64,000 nt of DNA, taken from an uncultured Bacteroidota bacterium (GTDB taxonomy: Bacteria > Bacteroidota > Bacteroidia > Bacteroidales > UBA12077). Numbering within the stretch: the first letter of the stretch is position 1; every line of letters starts with the position of its first letter. The position numbers and the translations under genes were made by a program. The DNA lies in contig CAJXLK010000005.1 in the NCBI GenBank assembly GCA_913055635.1, positions 68,728 through 132,727 of the forward strand. Direction: 5' to 3'. Below, one piece after another: positions 9,163-18,528 of the stretch. Below the pieces are notes generated by a model that was not told the origin of the DNA, made no database searches, and was given only the letters and a program-made list of their open reading frames with translations.

Positions 9163-10749
9163 ATGGAATTACTGACCCAGACCCATGTGGCCTTTTTTGT
9201 GATCGTAGCGGCGGGTATTGCCCTTGGACGGCTTAAAATCAAAGGTATATCGCTTGATTTGTCGGCTGTGATATTTGTGGCCCTTTTCTTCGGCCATTTG
9301 GGGGTTCGAATGCCCGAAATCCTGCAAAAGGTCGGCCTCATCCTGTTTATGTTTTCGGTGGGCATCCAGGCTGGCCCCGGTTTCTTTGAATCCTTCCGTA
9401 AAAGCGGCAAAATATTGATTGCCCTTGCTTTTGTGGTCATTGCCTCGGGGGCTTTGATGACCCTATTGATGGCCTGGATATATGACATTGATTATAAAAT
9501 GGCTGTAGGCTTGTTTACCGGGGCCCTGACCAGTACCAGCGGCCTGGCTGCGGCTGTGGAAAGCACCCACTCGCCGGCTACTTCCATCGGTTTTGGCATC
9601 GCTTATCCTTTTGGCATCATCGGTGTGATCCTGTTTGCCCGTTTATCGCCTAAAATCTTTAAAATCGATGTTCCGGCCGAGGAGCGTCGATTTGAAGCTG
9701 AAATCCAGTCGGATAATCCGCCTTTGGTCAGCCGCAACTTTGTGGTGGAAAATCCCAATATTTTTGGCAAGACCCTTCAGGAGATTGACTTGAGGGGCTT
9801 GACCCGCACAACGATCTCTCGCATTGTTAAACAGGGAGAAATTGTCCGGGCTGAAGCCACCACCCGCCTGGAACAGGGTGACAGGGTCCGGGCCGTAGGA
9901 ACACAAGACAATCTCAAGCGGTTAACCTACCTGATCGGACGCGAAACCAGTGAAGAAATCCCTTTGCGGGGCAAAAATACGGTGCGGCGCTTTTTGGTCA
10001 CCAATAAGGAAGTCATTAATAAGAGCCTGCGTACCCTGGCCCTACTGCAGAACTACAACGCCACGGTAACGACCATACGCCGCAGTGGCATCGATATTTC
10101 CCCCCGGGCCACCAGCAAACTCCGGTTTGGCGATAAACTGATTGTAACCCTCCCGGAAGAGAATGCCGGTAGAATCGGCGAATTGCTGGGCGACAGCCGC
10201 AAAAAAATGAACGAACTCGACTTTTTGCCCATTGCCCTGGGAATCCTGCTGGGAATTCTGCTCGGGGAAATTTCAATCCCCCTGTTTTCGGGCATCGATT
10301 TGAAACTGGGATTGACCGGTGGGGTATTGATCTCTGCCCTGGTATTGAGTAAGATTGGGAAAACCGGTTCCATCGTCTGGAATGTTTCCGGCTCGGCCAA
10401 CATGTTCCTGCGCAAGCTGGGCCTGATCATGTTCCTGGCCGTGATCGGTACCCATGCCGGCGAGCACCTGGCCGAAACGATTCAAACCAGTGGCTTGAAG
10501 TATTTTATTTCTGGTGTGGCCATCACCCTGGTCCCCATGATCCTCAGTGTTGTATTGGGCTATTATATACTGAAAATGAATTTTCTATCCCTGATTGGCT
10601 CGCTTACCGGAAGCATGACCAGTACGCCTGCCCTGAGCGCCGTGGAGCCCATTACCGATACCAATGCCCCTCAGATTGCGTATGCTACGGTTTATCCTTT
10701 TGCCCTGGTTCTGCTGATTATTGTCAGCCAATTGCTTGGAGGCCTGTAG
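9163..10749 (+). CDS. YidE/YbjL-type (aspartate:alanine exchanger family) transporter with two central RCK_C/TrkA-C domains
   Basis: 528 aa. Duplicated membrane halves (GISLDLSAVIFVALFFG...; GIDLKLGLTGGVLISAL...) flank a soluble region of about 170 aa carrying two TrkA-C-like repeats (GKTLQEIDLRG..., NKSLRTLAL...TVTTIRR). Confidence 0.8.
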   Translation: MELLTQTHVAFFVIVAAGIALGRLKIKGISLDLSAVIFVALFFGHLGVRMPEILQKVGLILFMFSVGIQAGPGFFESFRKSGKILIALAFVVIASGALMTLLMAWIYDIDYKMAVGLFTGALTSTSGLAAAVESTHSPATSIGFGIAYPFGIIGVILFARLSPKIFKIDVPAEERRFEAEIQSDNPPLVSRNFVVENPNIFGKTLQEIDLRGLTRTTISRIVKQGEIVRAEATTRLEQGDRVRAVGTQDNLKRLTYLIGRETSEEIPLRGKNTVRRFLVTNKEVINKSLRTLALLQNYNATVTTIRRSGIDISPRATSKLRFGDKLIVTLPEENAGRIGELLGDSRKKMNELDFLPIALGILLGILLGEISIPLFSGIDLKLGLTGGVLISALVLSKIGKTGSIVWNVSGSANMFLRKLGLIMFLAVIGTHAGEHLAETIQTSGLKYFISGVAITLVPMILSVVLGYYILKMNFLSLIGSLTGSMTSTPALSAVEPITDTNAPQIAYATVYPFALVLLIIVSQLLGGL

Positions 10750-10756
10750 AGCCCCC

Positions 10757-10924
10757 TGGATCTGGAGCTTCTATGAATCCGAAGCTTCTCTGAATAAAGT
10801 GTTTTCCTGAATCCGAGTTTTCCTGAATCCGAGTTTTCCTGGATCCGAAGCTTCTCTGGATCCGAAGCTTCTCTGGATCCGAAGCTTCTCTGAATAAGTG
10901 ACCTCCCTGAATCCGGAGCCTCCC
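10757..10924. repeat. Tandem array of ten 16-17-bp units (consensus TGGATCCGAAGCTTCTC / TGAATCCGAGTTTTCC)
   Basis: Units start at 10757, 10774, 10791, 10808, 10824, 10840, 10857, 10874, 10891 and 10908. Units 6-8 are identical (TGGATCCGAAGCTTCTC) and units 4-5 are identical (TGAATCCGAGTTTTCC). The array is intergenic. Confidence 0.9.
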
Positions 10925-11159
10925 GGTTTTGGTTTATTTCGGGCTTGATCAGTTTATACAGGGGCTTTCCCCAGGGAATTGATTTATAGGGGCGGTAGAA
11001 ATCTACAACAGGCACTGTTTTTCCGTGTAAGGCTTATGGCCATGTATTTTTGATTTTGGCATACACTTCCTCACAAGATTTGGGTATAGGGTGATCTTTG
11101 GTAGAGCCGGCCCGTTCATATAGGGTCTCCAACGGATGTGTGGTTTGTGCATTTGGAAC

Positions 11160-11747
11160 TTAGATGAAAATAAGGCCTTCCCGGGCATCGCCAAAAGTAT
11201 AACTTAAGTTTTGTTCGTGGCGGATGCCTGAGAGTAAGGCCAGCAGGGCATCTACATGGTGCCAGGAGCGGAGCTCTGATGTAGGGAAGTCCAACTGTGA
11301 ACTGTCGCGGATAATCAGTCCACAGGGTTCAATGTATTTCTGGTTGAGCCGGTATCCATATTCCTTCAGCCGCATTTGTGCCGCTAAACCTTTGGGATAG
11401 GTCTCCCTTAGTTGTACCCCCAGTTCCCCGGCCTGATCCTTTAAGCTCATGGCCCGCGCAGTTACCCCCCCCAGGAACATCGGCGACATCGCTCCCAGTT
11501 GCTGGTCGCAGCGGCGAAAAAAATAATTGTCATAATTTTTACCGTCACAGTAAACGCCGGGAAGGCTCAGTGGCGCATCAATGAATATCTGCTCGGGAGA
11601 TTCCTGCCACATCAGATCAAGCAAAAAGGCATCGGCATCTTGCCTCTTTTCAGCTTGGAAAAACCGAACCGACATCGCTTGCTTTTTACATACCACGGTG
11701 TTACCGGATAGTTTTTTCCCGTAATCTACCCCCCATAAATTGGCCAT
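11160..11747 (-). CDS. Hypothetical protein, possibly a DUF429-like RNase H-fold protein
   Basis: 195 aa. N-terminal WGVDYGKKLSGNT, then FIDAPLSLP, then HHVDALLALL. This resembles DUF429/YqgF-like patterns, but the assignment is from memory only. It lies 7 nt downstream of the M48 peptidase gene. Confidence 0.5.
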   Translation of the reverse strand: MANLWGVDYGKKLSGNTVVCKKQAMSVRFFQAEKRQDADAFLLDLMWQESPEQIFIDAPLSLPGVYCDGKNYDNYFFRRCDQQLGAMSPMFLGGVTARAMSLKDQAGELGVQLRETYPKGLAAQMRLKEYGYRLNQKYIEPCGLIIRDSSQLDFPTSELRSWHHVDALLALLSGIRHEQNLSYTFGDAREGLIFI

Positions 11748-11753
11748 GGGCTG

Positions 11754-12581
11754 CTATTTTTGTTGGTTTGATGGCAGGTTGCTTTTAAATTCCTGGTAAC
11801 GTTCGGTAAACTCCCCCCCTTGCGGACTACCCATTTCTTTCCATACCTTGTCGATCGCTTCAAGGCGGTTGTCCGGGCTGGGATGGGTGCTCAGGAACTC
11901 AGGCACCTTGGGCCGGGTTTCTTCATCGTGGAGCTTCTCAAAAAAACCGGCCACCCCTTTCGGATGGTATTCGGTATCAGTACTGTAACGAACCGCATAT
12001 TCATCGGCCTGGTATTCATCGCTGCGGCTGAATTGCAGGTTGCCAAGGCCCAATGCCAGCTCAGCGGCAATCTCCCCCCATGCTTCGGGATCCTCTCCCA
12101 ATAGCAGACCGGTAAGGAATTGCAATCCATATAATTTGGTCATTCGCCGGGTAACATGCCGCTTATCAGCATGTGCCATCTCATGGGCCATGACCCCGGC
12201 CAGCTGGGCCTCGTTGTCCAGATACTTGATCAGCCCCGTATAATAATACATATAACCCCCCGGAACGCAAAAGGCATTGAGTACATCATCATCCCGTATG
12301 ATCCGAACCCTCCACTGAAATTCATTGGAATAATTGAGGTCATCTGATGCCAGCAGCTTGTTACGAATGCTCCGAATATGGGCATATGCCTGCGGGTAAT
12401 TCTCCTCATTCAGGATTGTGTAGGCCGAGTCATTGTTCATGATTTCCTGATCGAATTCCCGCCCAAACTCCTTATCCTGACTTAAGGAGAAAAGATTCAG
12501 CCCCCCGTCTTCTTCACAGGAGGTGAACATACTGACAATTACCACTGCCAGCAGAACCGTTCGAAACGCCTGTCTTTTCAT
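11754..12581 (-). CDS. M48 family zinc metallopeptidase (lipoprotein)
   Basis: 275 aa. Signal plus lipobox (MFTSC). HExxH motif in GVMAHEMAHADKRH. Confidence 0.85.
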   Translation of the reverse strand: MKRQAFRTVLLAVVIVSMFTSCEEDGGLNLFSLSQDKEFGREFDQEIMNNDSAYTILNEENYPQAYAHIRSIRNKLLASDDLNYSNEFQWRVRIIRDDDVLNAFCVPGGYMYYYTGLIKYLDNEAQLAGVMAHEMAHADKRHVTRRMTKLYGLQFLTGLLLGEDPEAWGEIAAELALGLGNLQFSRSDEYQADEYAVRYSTDTEYHPKGVAGFFEKLHDEETRPKVPEFLSTHPSPDNRLEAIDKVWKEMGSPQGGEFTERYQEFKSNLPSNQQK

Positions 12582-12763
12582 AATGCTGGTCCTTTAGGAA
12601 AATGTGTGTTAATCTTTCCTGGCAAAATTCATCATTTTTTTTGAATAATGTGGAATTTTGGTTTGGTGAATATGATTAAAGACCTCCTGTAAAACCCTTG
12701 ATTTCCAGACAATTTCATCACTATGAGACTTCTTTATGCTTTACGGGCTTTATGGTTGTACCC

Positions 12764-13483
12764 CTAGTCTCTGAGGTCCATCAGGGTCTTGGGGTAATTG
12801 CCCGGGTGTTCAAGGATGTCAACGAATTTTTTGCCAACGGCTTTGGGATCGACCAGCAGTCCTTCTTTTTTGAGTTGAATGAACCGGTCAAGCTCCCGGA
12901 AGTTTTCGGGTTCCACTTCCCGGATTTCATCCTGCATCTCGGTATCCACAACCCCCGGTGCCACTGAATAAACCTTGAAGGGATGGTCAAAATCCTGCTG
13001 CTCGTCCTGAATGACCTGAAAGAACATTTCAATCCCTGTTTTGGTCGTGCAATAAGTGCTCCACGATGGGATGGTGTGCCGGGCAGCCCCGCTGCTGGTA
13101 TTGAGCAGGATCTTTTCGCAGGCGTAATCCTGGAATTGCCGCATGAACTGGTTGATCAGGATGGTCGGGCTTAACAGGTTGACATTGTAGCTCTGGACAA
13201 TTTTCTCATTGTACATTTTTCCTACTTGTGCTACATGTCCCAGCACGCCGGCATTGTTGATCAGGACAATCTTTTCAGCTTCGGAATGCTCCTCAAAACG
13301 AAAGCTTTTAACCGCTTCTACATCATTTAAATCCAGTGTAATCGGGTGGTAATTCTTATGCTCTGTCGTATGGTTCCTCGATATGCCATAAACAATATTG
13401 TTATCATCGGCCAGTAGTTCTTCAACTACGGCTTTGCCTATTCCGCGGCTTGTTCCGGTTACATAGTAATAATTCATAAGCAT
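12764..13483 (-). CDS. Short-chain dehydrogenase/reductase (SDR) family oxidoreductase
   Basis: TGxxxGIG (YYVTGTSRGIGKA), NNAG (LINNAGVLG) and catalytic S...YxxxK (SSG...YCTTK). The track ORF extends to 13540, but the ATGs at 13483 and 13477 sit directly before the Rossmann motif. Confidence 0.85.
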   Translation of the reverse strand: MLMNYYYVTGTSRGIGKAVVEELLADDNNIVYGISRNHTTEHKNYHPITLDLNDVEAVKSFRFEEHSEAEKIVLINNAGVLGHVAQVGKMYNEKIVQSYNVNLLSPTILINQFMRQFQDYACEKILLNTSSGAARHTIPSWSTYCTTKTGIEMFFQVIQDEQQDFDHPFKVYSVAPGVVDTEMQDEIREVEPENFRELDRFIQLKKEGLLVDPKAVGKKFVDILEHPGNYPKTLMDLRD

Positions 13484-13801
13484 CGTGTTTTGAGGGATAA
13501 TATAATAAATTCTCGGGATCCAGCATGAAGCGCGAGCCAATATTTTACCGGTGAACCTCTTTTTTATTCACCCACCGAATAGCTCTTGTCCGATGTCTTA
13601 GAATTGAGCCTTCATGATTTGGGATCGCTGTTTCAGGCAGCACTGTTTTTGATCCGCTTTTGCCCTTGCCGATGAGTCTTTCCCCTTTAAGAATACCCAT
13701 TGCAGCGAATCCGGATGAACGATTCTGTTTTTATTTCTTCAAATTATTAAGTTTTATTTATCTTGCAGTAAATAAAGTTAGGGGAATCAAATTGAGCAAT
13801 T

Positions 13802-14419
13802 ATGGAATTAAAACAGGCCATTGAACAACGCGCCAGTGTCCGCACATTTAAGGACACGCCGATACCAGCCGGCGATTTGAAGCACCTGGTCAGCATGGGA
13901 GGTAAAGCCCCCAGTGTTAATAATTATCAGCCCTGGAAGTTTTATGCCATCACCCGCAAGGATGTGCTGAACCGGATGGCGGATATTGTCAAGCAAAGGA
14001 TTGAAGAACTACCGGTGAACCAGTCCATTGCCTCCAAAAACATTAAATCGCAGGTCGAATGGTTTGCCACCTTTTTTGAAAACGCCCCTGCGGTAATTGC
14101 CCTTTCAATGGAGGATTATGAGTCGGTTCTGGAAAAAGGGGTCACCATGACCCACCAGGATATCAATATTCTGCGGAATTATCCGGATATTCAGAGTGCC
14201 GGGGCCGCCATTCAGAATATACTTCTGGCGGCTGTGGATCTGGGCTATGGTGCTTGTTGGCTGAGCGCTCCCATGATGGCCAAAGAGGATTTGGAGCAGA
14301 TTATAGGCATTGAGGAACCCTTCCATCTGATGGCTTTTGTGGCCGTAGGGGTGCCCGACCGTCAGGTGCGGCCTAAGGAGAAAAAGCCCCTGGATGAGAT
14401 TTTTGAATTGATTGAGTGA
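13802..14419 (+). CDS. Nitroreductase family protein
   Basis: 205 aa. RASVRTFKDTPIP, NYQPWKFYAI and GYGACWL are typical FMN nitroreductase-fold motifs. Confidence 0.85.
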   Translation: MELKQAIEQRASVRTFKDTPIPAGDLKHLVSMGGKAPSVNNYQPWKFYAITRKDVLNRMADIVKQRIEELPVNQSIASKNIKSQVEWFATFFENAPAVIALSMEDYESVLEKGVTMTHQDINILRNYPDIQSAGAAIQNILLAAVDLGYGACWLSAPMMAKEDLEQIIGIEEPFHLMAFVAVGVPDRQVRPKEKKPLDEIFELIE

Positions 14420-14535
14420 ACCCTTTGCCATCTTTTTACCGGTAGCACGGCCCCATGAATAAAACCAGCCCCGGCGGGTTGAGTTGACGCCCGGAGTGGA
14501 CTGAAAGTTGTTGGATTAATGATTTAAAGAGATAT

Positions 14536-16188
14536 ATGAGGCATTTATTGATCGTATCATTGGCGGCCCTTATTCTGGGCGGCTGTACCCAGGAGCAGCC
14601 TGTTTCAAAGGCGATGAAAGCCATTGATGTGGAGGATATCAGGGAGGAAGTACAAACCCTGGGCTCGGACCGTTTCTTGGGGCGCAAACCTTTTACCAAA
14701 GGTGAAACCCTAACCCTGGATTACCTGGAAAAGAAGTTTCGTCAGATAGGCCTGAAGCCGGTTAAAGGAAGTTATTATCAGAGGGTCCCTATGGTTGAGG
14801 TTTCTGTAGACCCTCAGGAACAGATGCGTTTTGACACCCCGCAGGGGGAGGTGCGCTTGGATTACAGGGATGAATTTGTGGCCTTTTCCCGGAGGCTCAC
14901 TGAACAGGTTCAGCTGGAGGATTCGCCCCTGGTGTTTGCCGGATATGGCATTGTGGCGCCTCAGTATAACTGGAACGACTACCAGGGGATTGATGTGGAA
15001 GGTAAAACCGTGGTGGTCCTGGTCAATGACCCGGGCTATGGCTTGCAGGATACCAGCTTTTTTAAGGGCAATGCCATGACTTATTACGGCAGATGGACCT
15101 ATAAATATGAAGAGGCAGCCCGGCAGGGGGCCAGTGGCATCATTATTGTCCATAAGAGTGGCCCGGCGGGTTATCCATGGAATGTGGTGCTCAACGGGGC
15201 AGTGGTGCCCAAATTGTACCTCAAGCCTGAAAATGGGTATCAGTCGCGCTGTGCAGTAGAAGGGTGGATCACCACCGATGCTGCCCGTAAACTGTTTAAC
15301 CGGTTCGGATATGGTTTTGACGGGTTGAAAAGACAAGCCGGCCAACCAGGCTTTAAGCCTCGGGAGCTGGATGGCCGCGTTCATTTTGAGATGACAAGCC
15401 AGCACCGTTTCGCTGAATCACGCAACATCATGGGGTATATACCCGGCCGGGAGCGGCCCGATGAAGTGGTGATCTATTCGGCACATTGGGACCACCTGGG
15501 TGTGGATCCCACCCTGGAAGGCGATTCCATTTATAACGGGGCCGTTGACAATGGTACCTCCCTGGCCTGGATGCTGGAAATCGCCGAAGGATTTGCTTCC
15601 CTGGAAAAACGCCCCGCGCGCTCGGTGATGTTTTTTGCCCCCACTGCCGAGGAACAGGGCCTGCTCGGCTCCAAATACTATGCCGAACACCCGCGTTTTC
15701 CCCTGACAAAAACAGTGGCCAACATCAACAATGACCTGATGCTGCCTTATGGACGTTACAAAGATGTGATGGTTACCGGCTACGGCCAGTCAACCCTGGA
15801 TGATCTGCTCGCAGAAGCGGCGGCCCGCCATGATCGATATATCTATCCCGATCCCAATCCGCAAACCGGGATGTACTACAGGAGTGACCATTTCCCCTTC
15901 GCCCAAAAGGGGGTCCCGGCCCTTTTTGCCCGGGGCAACTGCCACTCCCGGGAGCACGGCAAAGAGTGGGCCCGCCAAAAGGAACAGTTCTGGCTCGAAA
16001 ACCGTTACCACGATCCCAGCGATGAGTACAACCCCCAAACATGGGACCTTAGAGGGATCCGCGATGATGCCCGTTTGTTTTTTGAGGTAGGCTATGAGTT
16101 GGCCCGCTCCCAATCCTTCCCCCGGTGGAAAGAGGGGTCGGAATTTAAAAAAGTCCGCCAGCGTATGATCCAACAATCTCAACCCTAA
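14536..16188 (+). CDS. M28 family aminopeptidase with PA domain (lipoprotein)
   Basis: 550 aa with lipobox ILGGC. Zn-ligand motifs SAHWDHLG, NGAVDNGTS, PTAEEQGLLGSKYY and YHDPSDEY. Confidence 0.85.
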   Translation: MRHLLIVSLAALILGGCTQEQPVSKAMKAIDVEDIREEVQTLGSDRFLGRKPFTKGETLTLDYLEKKFRQIGLKPVKGSYYQRVPMVEVSVDPQEQMRFDTPQGEVRLDYRDEFVAFSRRLTEQVQLEDSPLVFAGYGIVAPQYNWNDYQGIDVEGKTVVVLVNDPGYGLQDTSFFKGNAMTYYGRWTYKYEEAARQGASGIIIVHKSGPAGYPWNVVLNGAVVPKLYLKPENGYQSRCAVEGWITTDAARKLFNRFGYGFDGLKRQAGQPGFKPRELDGRVHFEMTSQHRFAESRNIMGYIPGRERPDEVVIYSAHWDHLGVDPTLEGDSIYNGAVDNGTSLAWMLEIAEGFASLEKRPARSVMFFAPTAEEQGLLGSKYYAEHPRFPLTKTVANINNDLMLPYGRYKDVMVTGYGQSTLDDLLAEAAARHDRYIYPDPNPQTGMYYRSDHFPFAQKGVPALFARGNCHSREHGKEWARQKEQFWLENRYHDPSDEYNPQTWDLRGIRDDARLFFEVGYELARSQSFPRWKEGSEFKKVRQRMIQQSQP

Positions 16189-16191
16189 AAG

Positions 16192-17295
16192 ATGCATAAA
16201 GGCTTGTTTATCGGGTGGCTCCTCCTGACGACAATTGGGCTGTTCCTGCTGAATCCTTGCCCGGGCAAAGCCCAGGGATTGGCCGCTTTTGAAAATTACC
16301 GCGAACAATTCTATGTGTTTGATCGGGGAACCATTCGCCAATTGGAACACCTGCCCGTTCAATCCTTCCAGGTAGAGAAATGGGGGGTCGCCTACCGGCG
16401 CAATGACGGGGCCCTGATGATCTACCACAACGGAGTCAAACGCAAACTCTCGGATGTGGCCCAGCAATACAGCATGACCGAAGGTTTACTGGTATATGCC
16501 TACAACAACAACCTGTTTGTCTATCAAGGCCGTACCAAAACCAACCTGGGCATGAATGTGCCCTACTATAAGGCCGATGAAGACCTGGTCGCCTATTATG
16601 ATCAGCTCGACAAGATGTTTAAGGTCTACTATAAAAAACAGCAGTTTGAGGTGGAGAGTGCCCTGTCCAATCCCCCGGTATCCGATTTTAAAGTGGGCGA
16701 CAACATCCTGGGATATCTGGGGCCCAACAGTTACCTCCACGCTTTCTTTGAAGGTGGCAACCGCCAACTGATGCTGGCACAGGGAAGACCCTCCTACCAG
16801 GTCGACCGCAATATGGTGGTTTATTATGATGTGGCCACTTCCTCACTCAAACTTTTTCACGTTTTTGGAAGCCGCAAGCTTACCACTTTCCGCCCCCAAT
16901 CCTATAAGCTCGCCGATGAAAGGGTGGCTTTCGTGGCCAATGACGGAAGTTTTAAGTTATATGAAAACGACCGCATCAAAACCCTCTCGGGTATAACCCC
17001 TGAATTTTATGAGTTGCGCGACAGCTTGCTGGTTTATGAAGAGCAAACCAACCTGATGGCCTATTACCAGGGAAAAAACTATCGCCTGGAAAATTTTATC
17101 CCCCAACAAATGGATTATGGCATCAACACCGTGGCCTATCTCAACGCTCGCAATCACCTTCGTGTATTTCAAGGGGGAAGTCACCAAACCATCTCTTATG
17201 AACCGGTCAACCGCTTTAAGGTCTTTCGCGATGTGGTGTGGTTCAATGTTGGGGTCAACAGCAACAAAGTATTCTATAACGGCAAAACTTACTGA
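16192..17295 (+). CDS. Secreted hypothetical repeat protein
   Basis: 367 aa with an N-terminal signal. Repeated hydrophobic and aromatic strands (LLVYAYNNNLFVYQG, LVAYYD, MVVYYD, VAFVANDGSFKLYEN, LLVYEEQTNLMAYYQG, LRVFQGG). It starts 4 nt after the M28 stop. Confidence 0.6.
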   Translation: MHKGLFIGWLLLTTIGLFLLNPCPGKAQGLAAFENYREQFYVFDRGTIRQLEHLPVQSFQVEKWGVAYRRNDGALMIYHNGVKRKLSDVAQQYSMTEGLLVYAYNNNLFVYQGRTKTNLGMNVPYYKADEDLVAYYDQLDKMFKVYYKKQQFEVESALSNPPVSDFKVGDNILGYLGPNSYLHAFFEGGNRQLMLAQGRPSYQVDRNMVVYYDVATSSLKLFHVFGSRKLTTFRPQSYKLADERVAFVANDGSFKLYENDRIKTLSGITPEFYELRDSLLVYEEQTNLMAYYQGKNYRLENFIPQQMDYGINTVAYLNARNHLRVFQGGSHQTISYEPVNRFKVFRDVVWFNVGVNSNKVFYNGKTY

Positions 17296-17354
17296 TTCTT
17301 CGCAGAAAGGGCAGGAGTGGGGCTTTCACCCCTATGGCCCAATCTTTTTTCTTG

Positions 17355-18338
17355 TTAAAACATCCCTTCTATGAATTCCTCCTTCTCTACGGAATGGAAA
17401 TACTTGCTGAACTCGATGCTGTCGAGTTTCTCTTTTATTTGATGGTGCTCATGCGGGGTGCCCTTTAGCAATTCTTCCACCTTTTCGGTATCCAGGGTAT
17501 TGAAAAAGTCTCCGTAGATCTTTACATCCTGCATGATTCCTTTCTGCACGTCAATGTGGAATTCAATGTTTCCACCGCTGGTTTTAACCATCTTTTCAAA
17601 GTTGTATTTGGGAGAGCTGCCAAAGTTCCATTCCCAGGTGTCATATTTTTCCCGCTTCAGCTGGTTGATCTTCCGGCGGTCTTCTTCGGTGTATTCGTAA
17701 AGCTCGGCATCCTCATATTTGTTGAGGATATAGTCCATGATCCGGTCACGGAAGGCCAGCACATCCATCTGCTCGTCGAGGAATTCATTGATGTTGCCCA
17801 CGCGGCTTTTGACCGATTTGACGGCTTTGTCTTTGAATTTTAAGGGATTGGCCTTAAGGGCGTTGGACAGATCCGACATCACCGATGAAAACAACAGGGT
17901 GCCGTGGTGCTGAACGCGGTTGCCCTGTATGTTCAAAGCGTTGCCTGATACCTTCTTGCCATCAATCATAATGTCGTTGCGGCCTTCAAAGTTGGCATTC
18001 AGCCCCATATTGCGCAGAACCTCAACGATGGGCCTGGTGTATTGACTGAAGTCCCCTTTGTTCTCGTTGTTATCGACATTCTTGATGAAGGTGAAATTCA
18101 GGTTTCCTAAATCATGGAAAACAGCGCCCCCGCCCGAGAGCCTTCGTACCACGTCGATGTTGTTTTCTTTGACGTACTCATAATTGATCTCGGCCAGGGT
18201 GTTCTGATGATTGCCAACAATGATCGATGGCCGGTTGCGCCAGAGCATGAAGCAGTTGTCCGAGAAATTTTTGACCACGTACTCTTCGGCAGCCAGGTTG
18301 AAATGGGGGTCGGTGTCAGGATTCTTAATACAAAGCAT
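17355..18338 (-). CDS. lplA: Lipoate-protein ligase A
   Basis: RRLSGGGAVFHDLGNLNFTF and the C-terminal LplA accessory region. The track ORF (to 18395) runs into the palindromic repeat, so the ATG at 18338 (MLCIKNPDTDPHFNLAAEEY) is the likely start. Confidence 0.85.
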   Translation of the reverse strand: MLCIKNPDTDPHFNLAAEEYVVKNFSDNCFMLWRNRPSIIVGNHQNTLAEINYEYVKENNIDVVRRLSGGGAVFHDLGNLNFTFIKNVDNNENKGDFSQYTRPIVEVLRNMGLNANFEGRNDIMIDGKKVSGNALNIQGNRVQHHGTLLFSSVMSDLSNALKANPLKFKDKAVKSVKSRVGNINEFLDEQMDVLAFRDRIMDYILNKYEDAELYEYTEEDRRKINQLKREKYDTWEWNFGSSPKYNFEKMVKTSGGNIEFHIDVQKGIMQDVKIYGDFFNTLDTEKVEELLKGTPHEHHQIKEKLDSIEFSKYFHSVEKEEFIEGMF

Positions 18339-18374
18339 ATATGTTTGGTTTTTGATGATGCCCTGCTGATGATG

Positions 18375-18503
18375 CCCCCGCTTAGCGGGGTCCATTGTAA
18401 AAATCTCCCTAAAAATTTCCCCGCTTAGCGGGGTCTATTGTAAAAATCTCCCCGCTAAGCGGGGTTAATTAAAGCGGGGTTAATTAGCAAAGCGGAGTTA
18501 ATT
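18375..18503. repeat. Cluster of the CCCCGCTTAGCGGGG palindrome (3 full copies) plus 3 tandem AAGCGGrGTTAATT half-units
   Basis: Full copies at 18376-18390, 18419-18433 and 18450-18464 (the last with a TAA loop). A 33-nt direct repeat with 1 mismatch occurs at 18376-18408 and 18419-18451. Half-units at 18457-18470, 18471-18485 and 18489-18503. Confidence 0.9.
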
Positions 18504-18528
18504 CTCATGCTAAGAAAGTTGAACAATG

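Noticed and set aside
10692-11015. 107-aa minus-strand ORF with a repetitive peptide (…EKLRIQENSDSGKLGFRK…EKLRIH…).
   Set aside because: Its repetitiveness is produced by the 16-17-bp tandem array, whose unit length is not a multiple of three and varies. It also overlaps the 3' end of the transporter gene.
14710-16467. Minus-strand ORFs of 231 and 225 aa overlapping the M28 peptidase and the start of the following gene.
   Set aside because: They are antisense to a well-supported CDS, and their sequences are proline, glycine and arginine-rich without domains.
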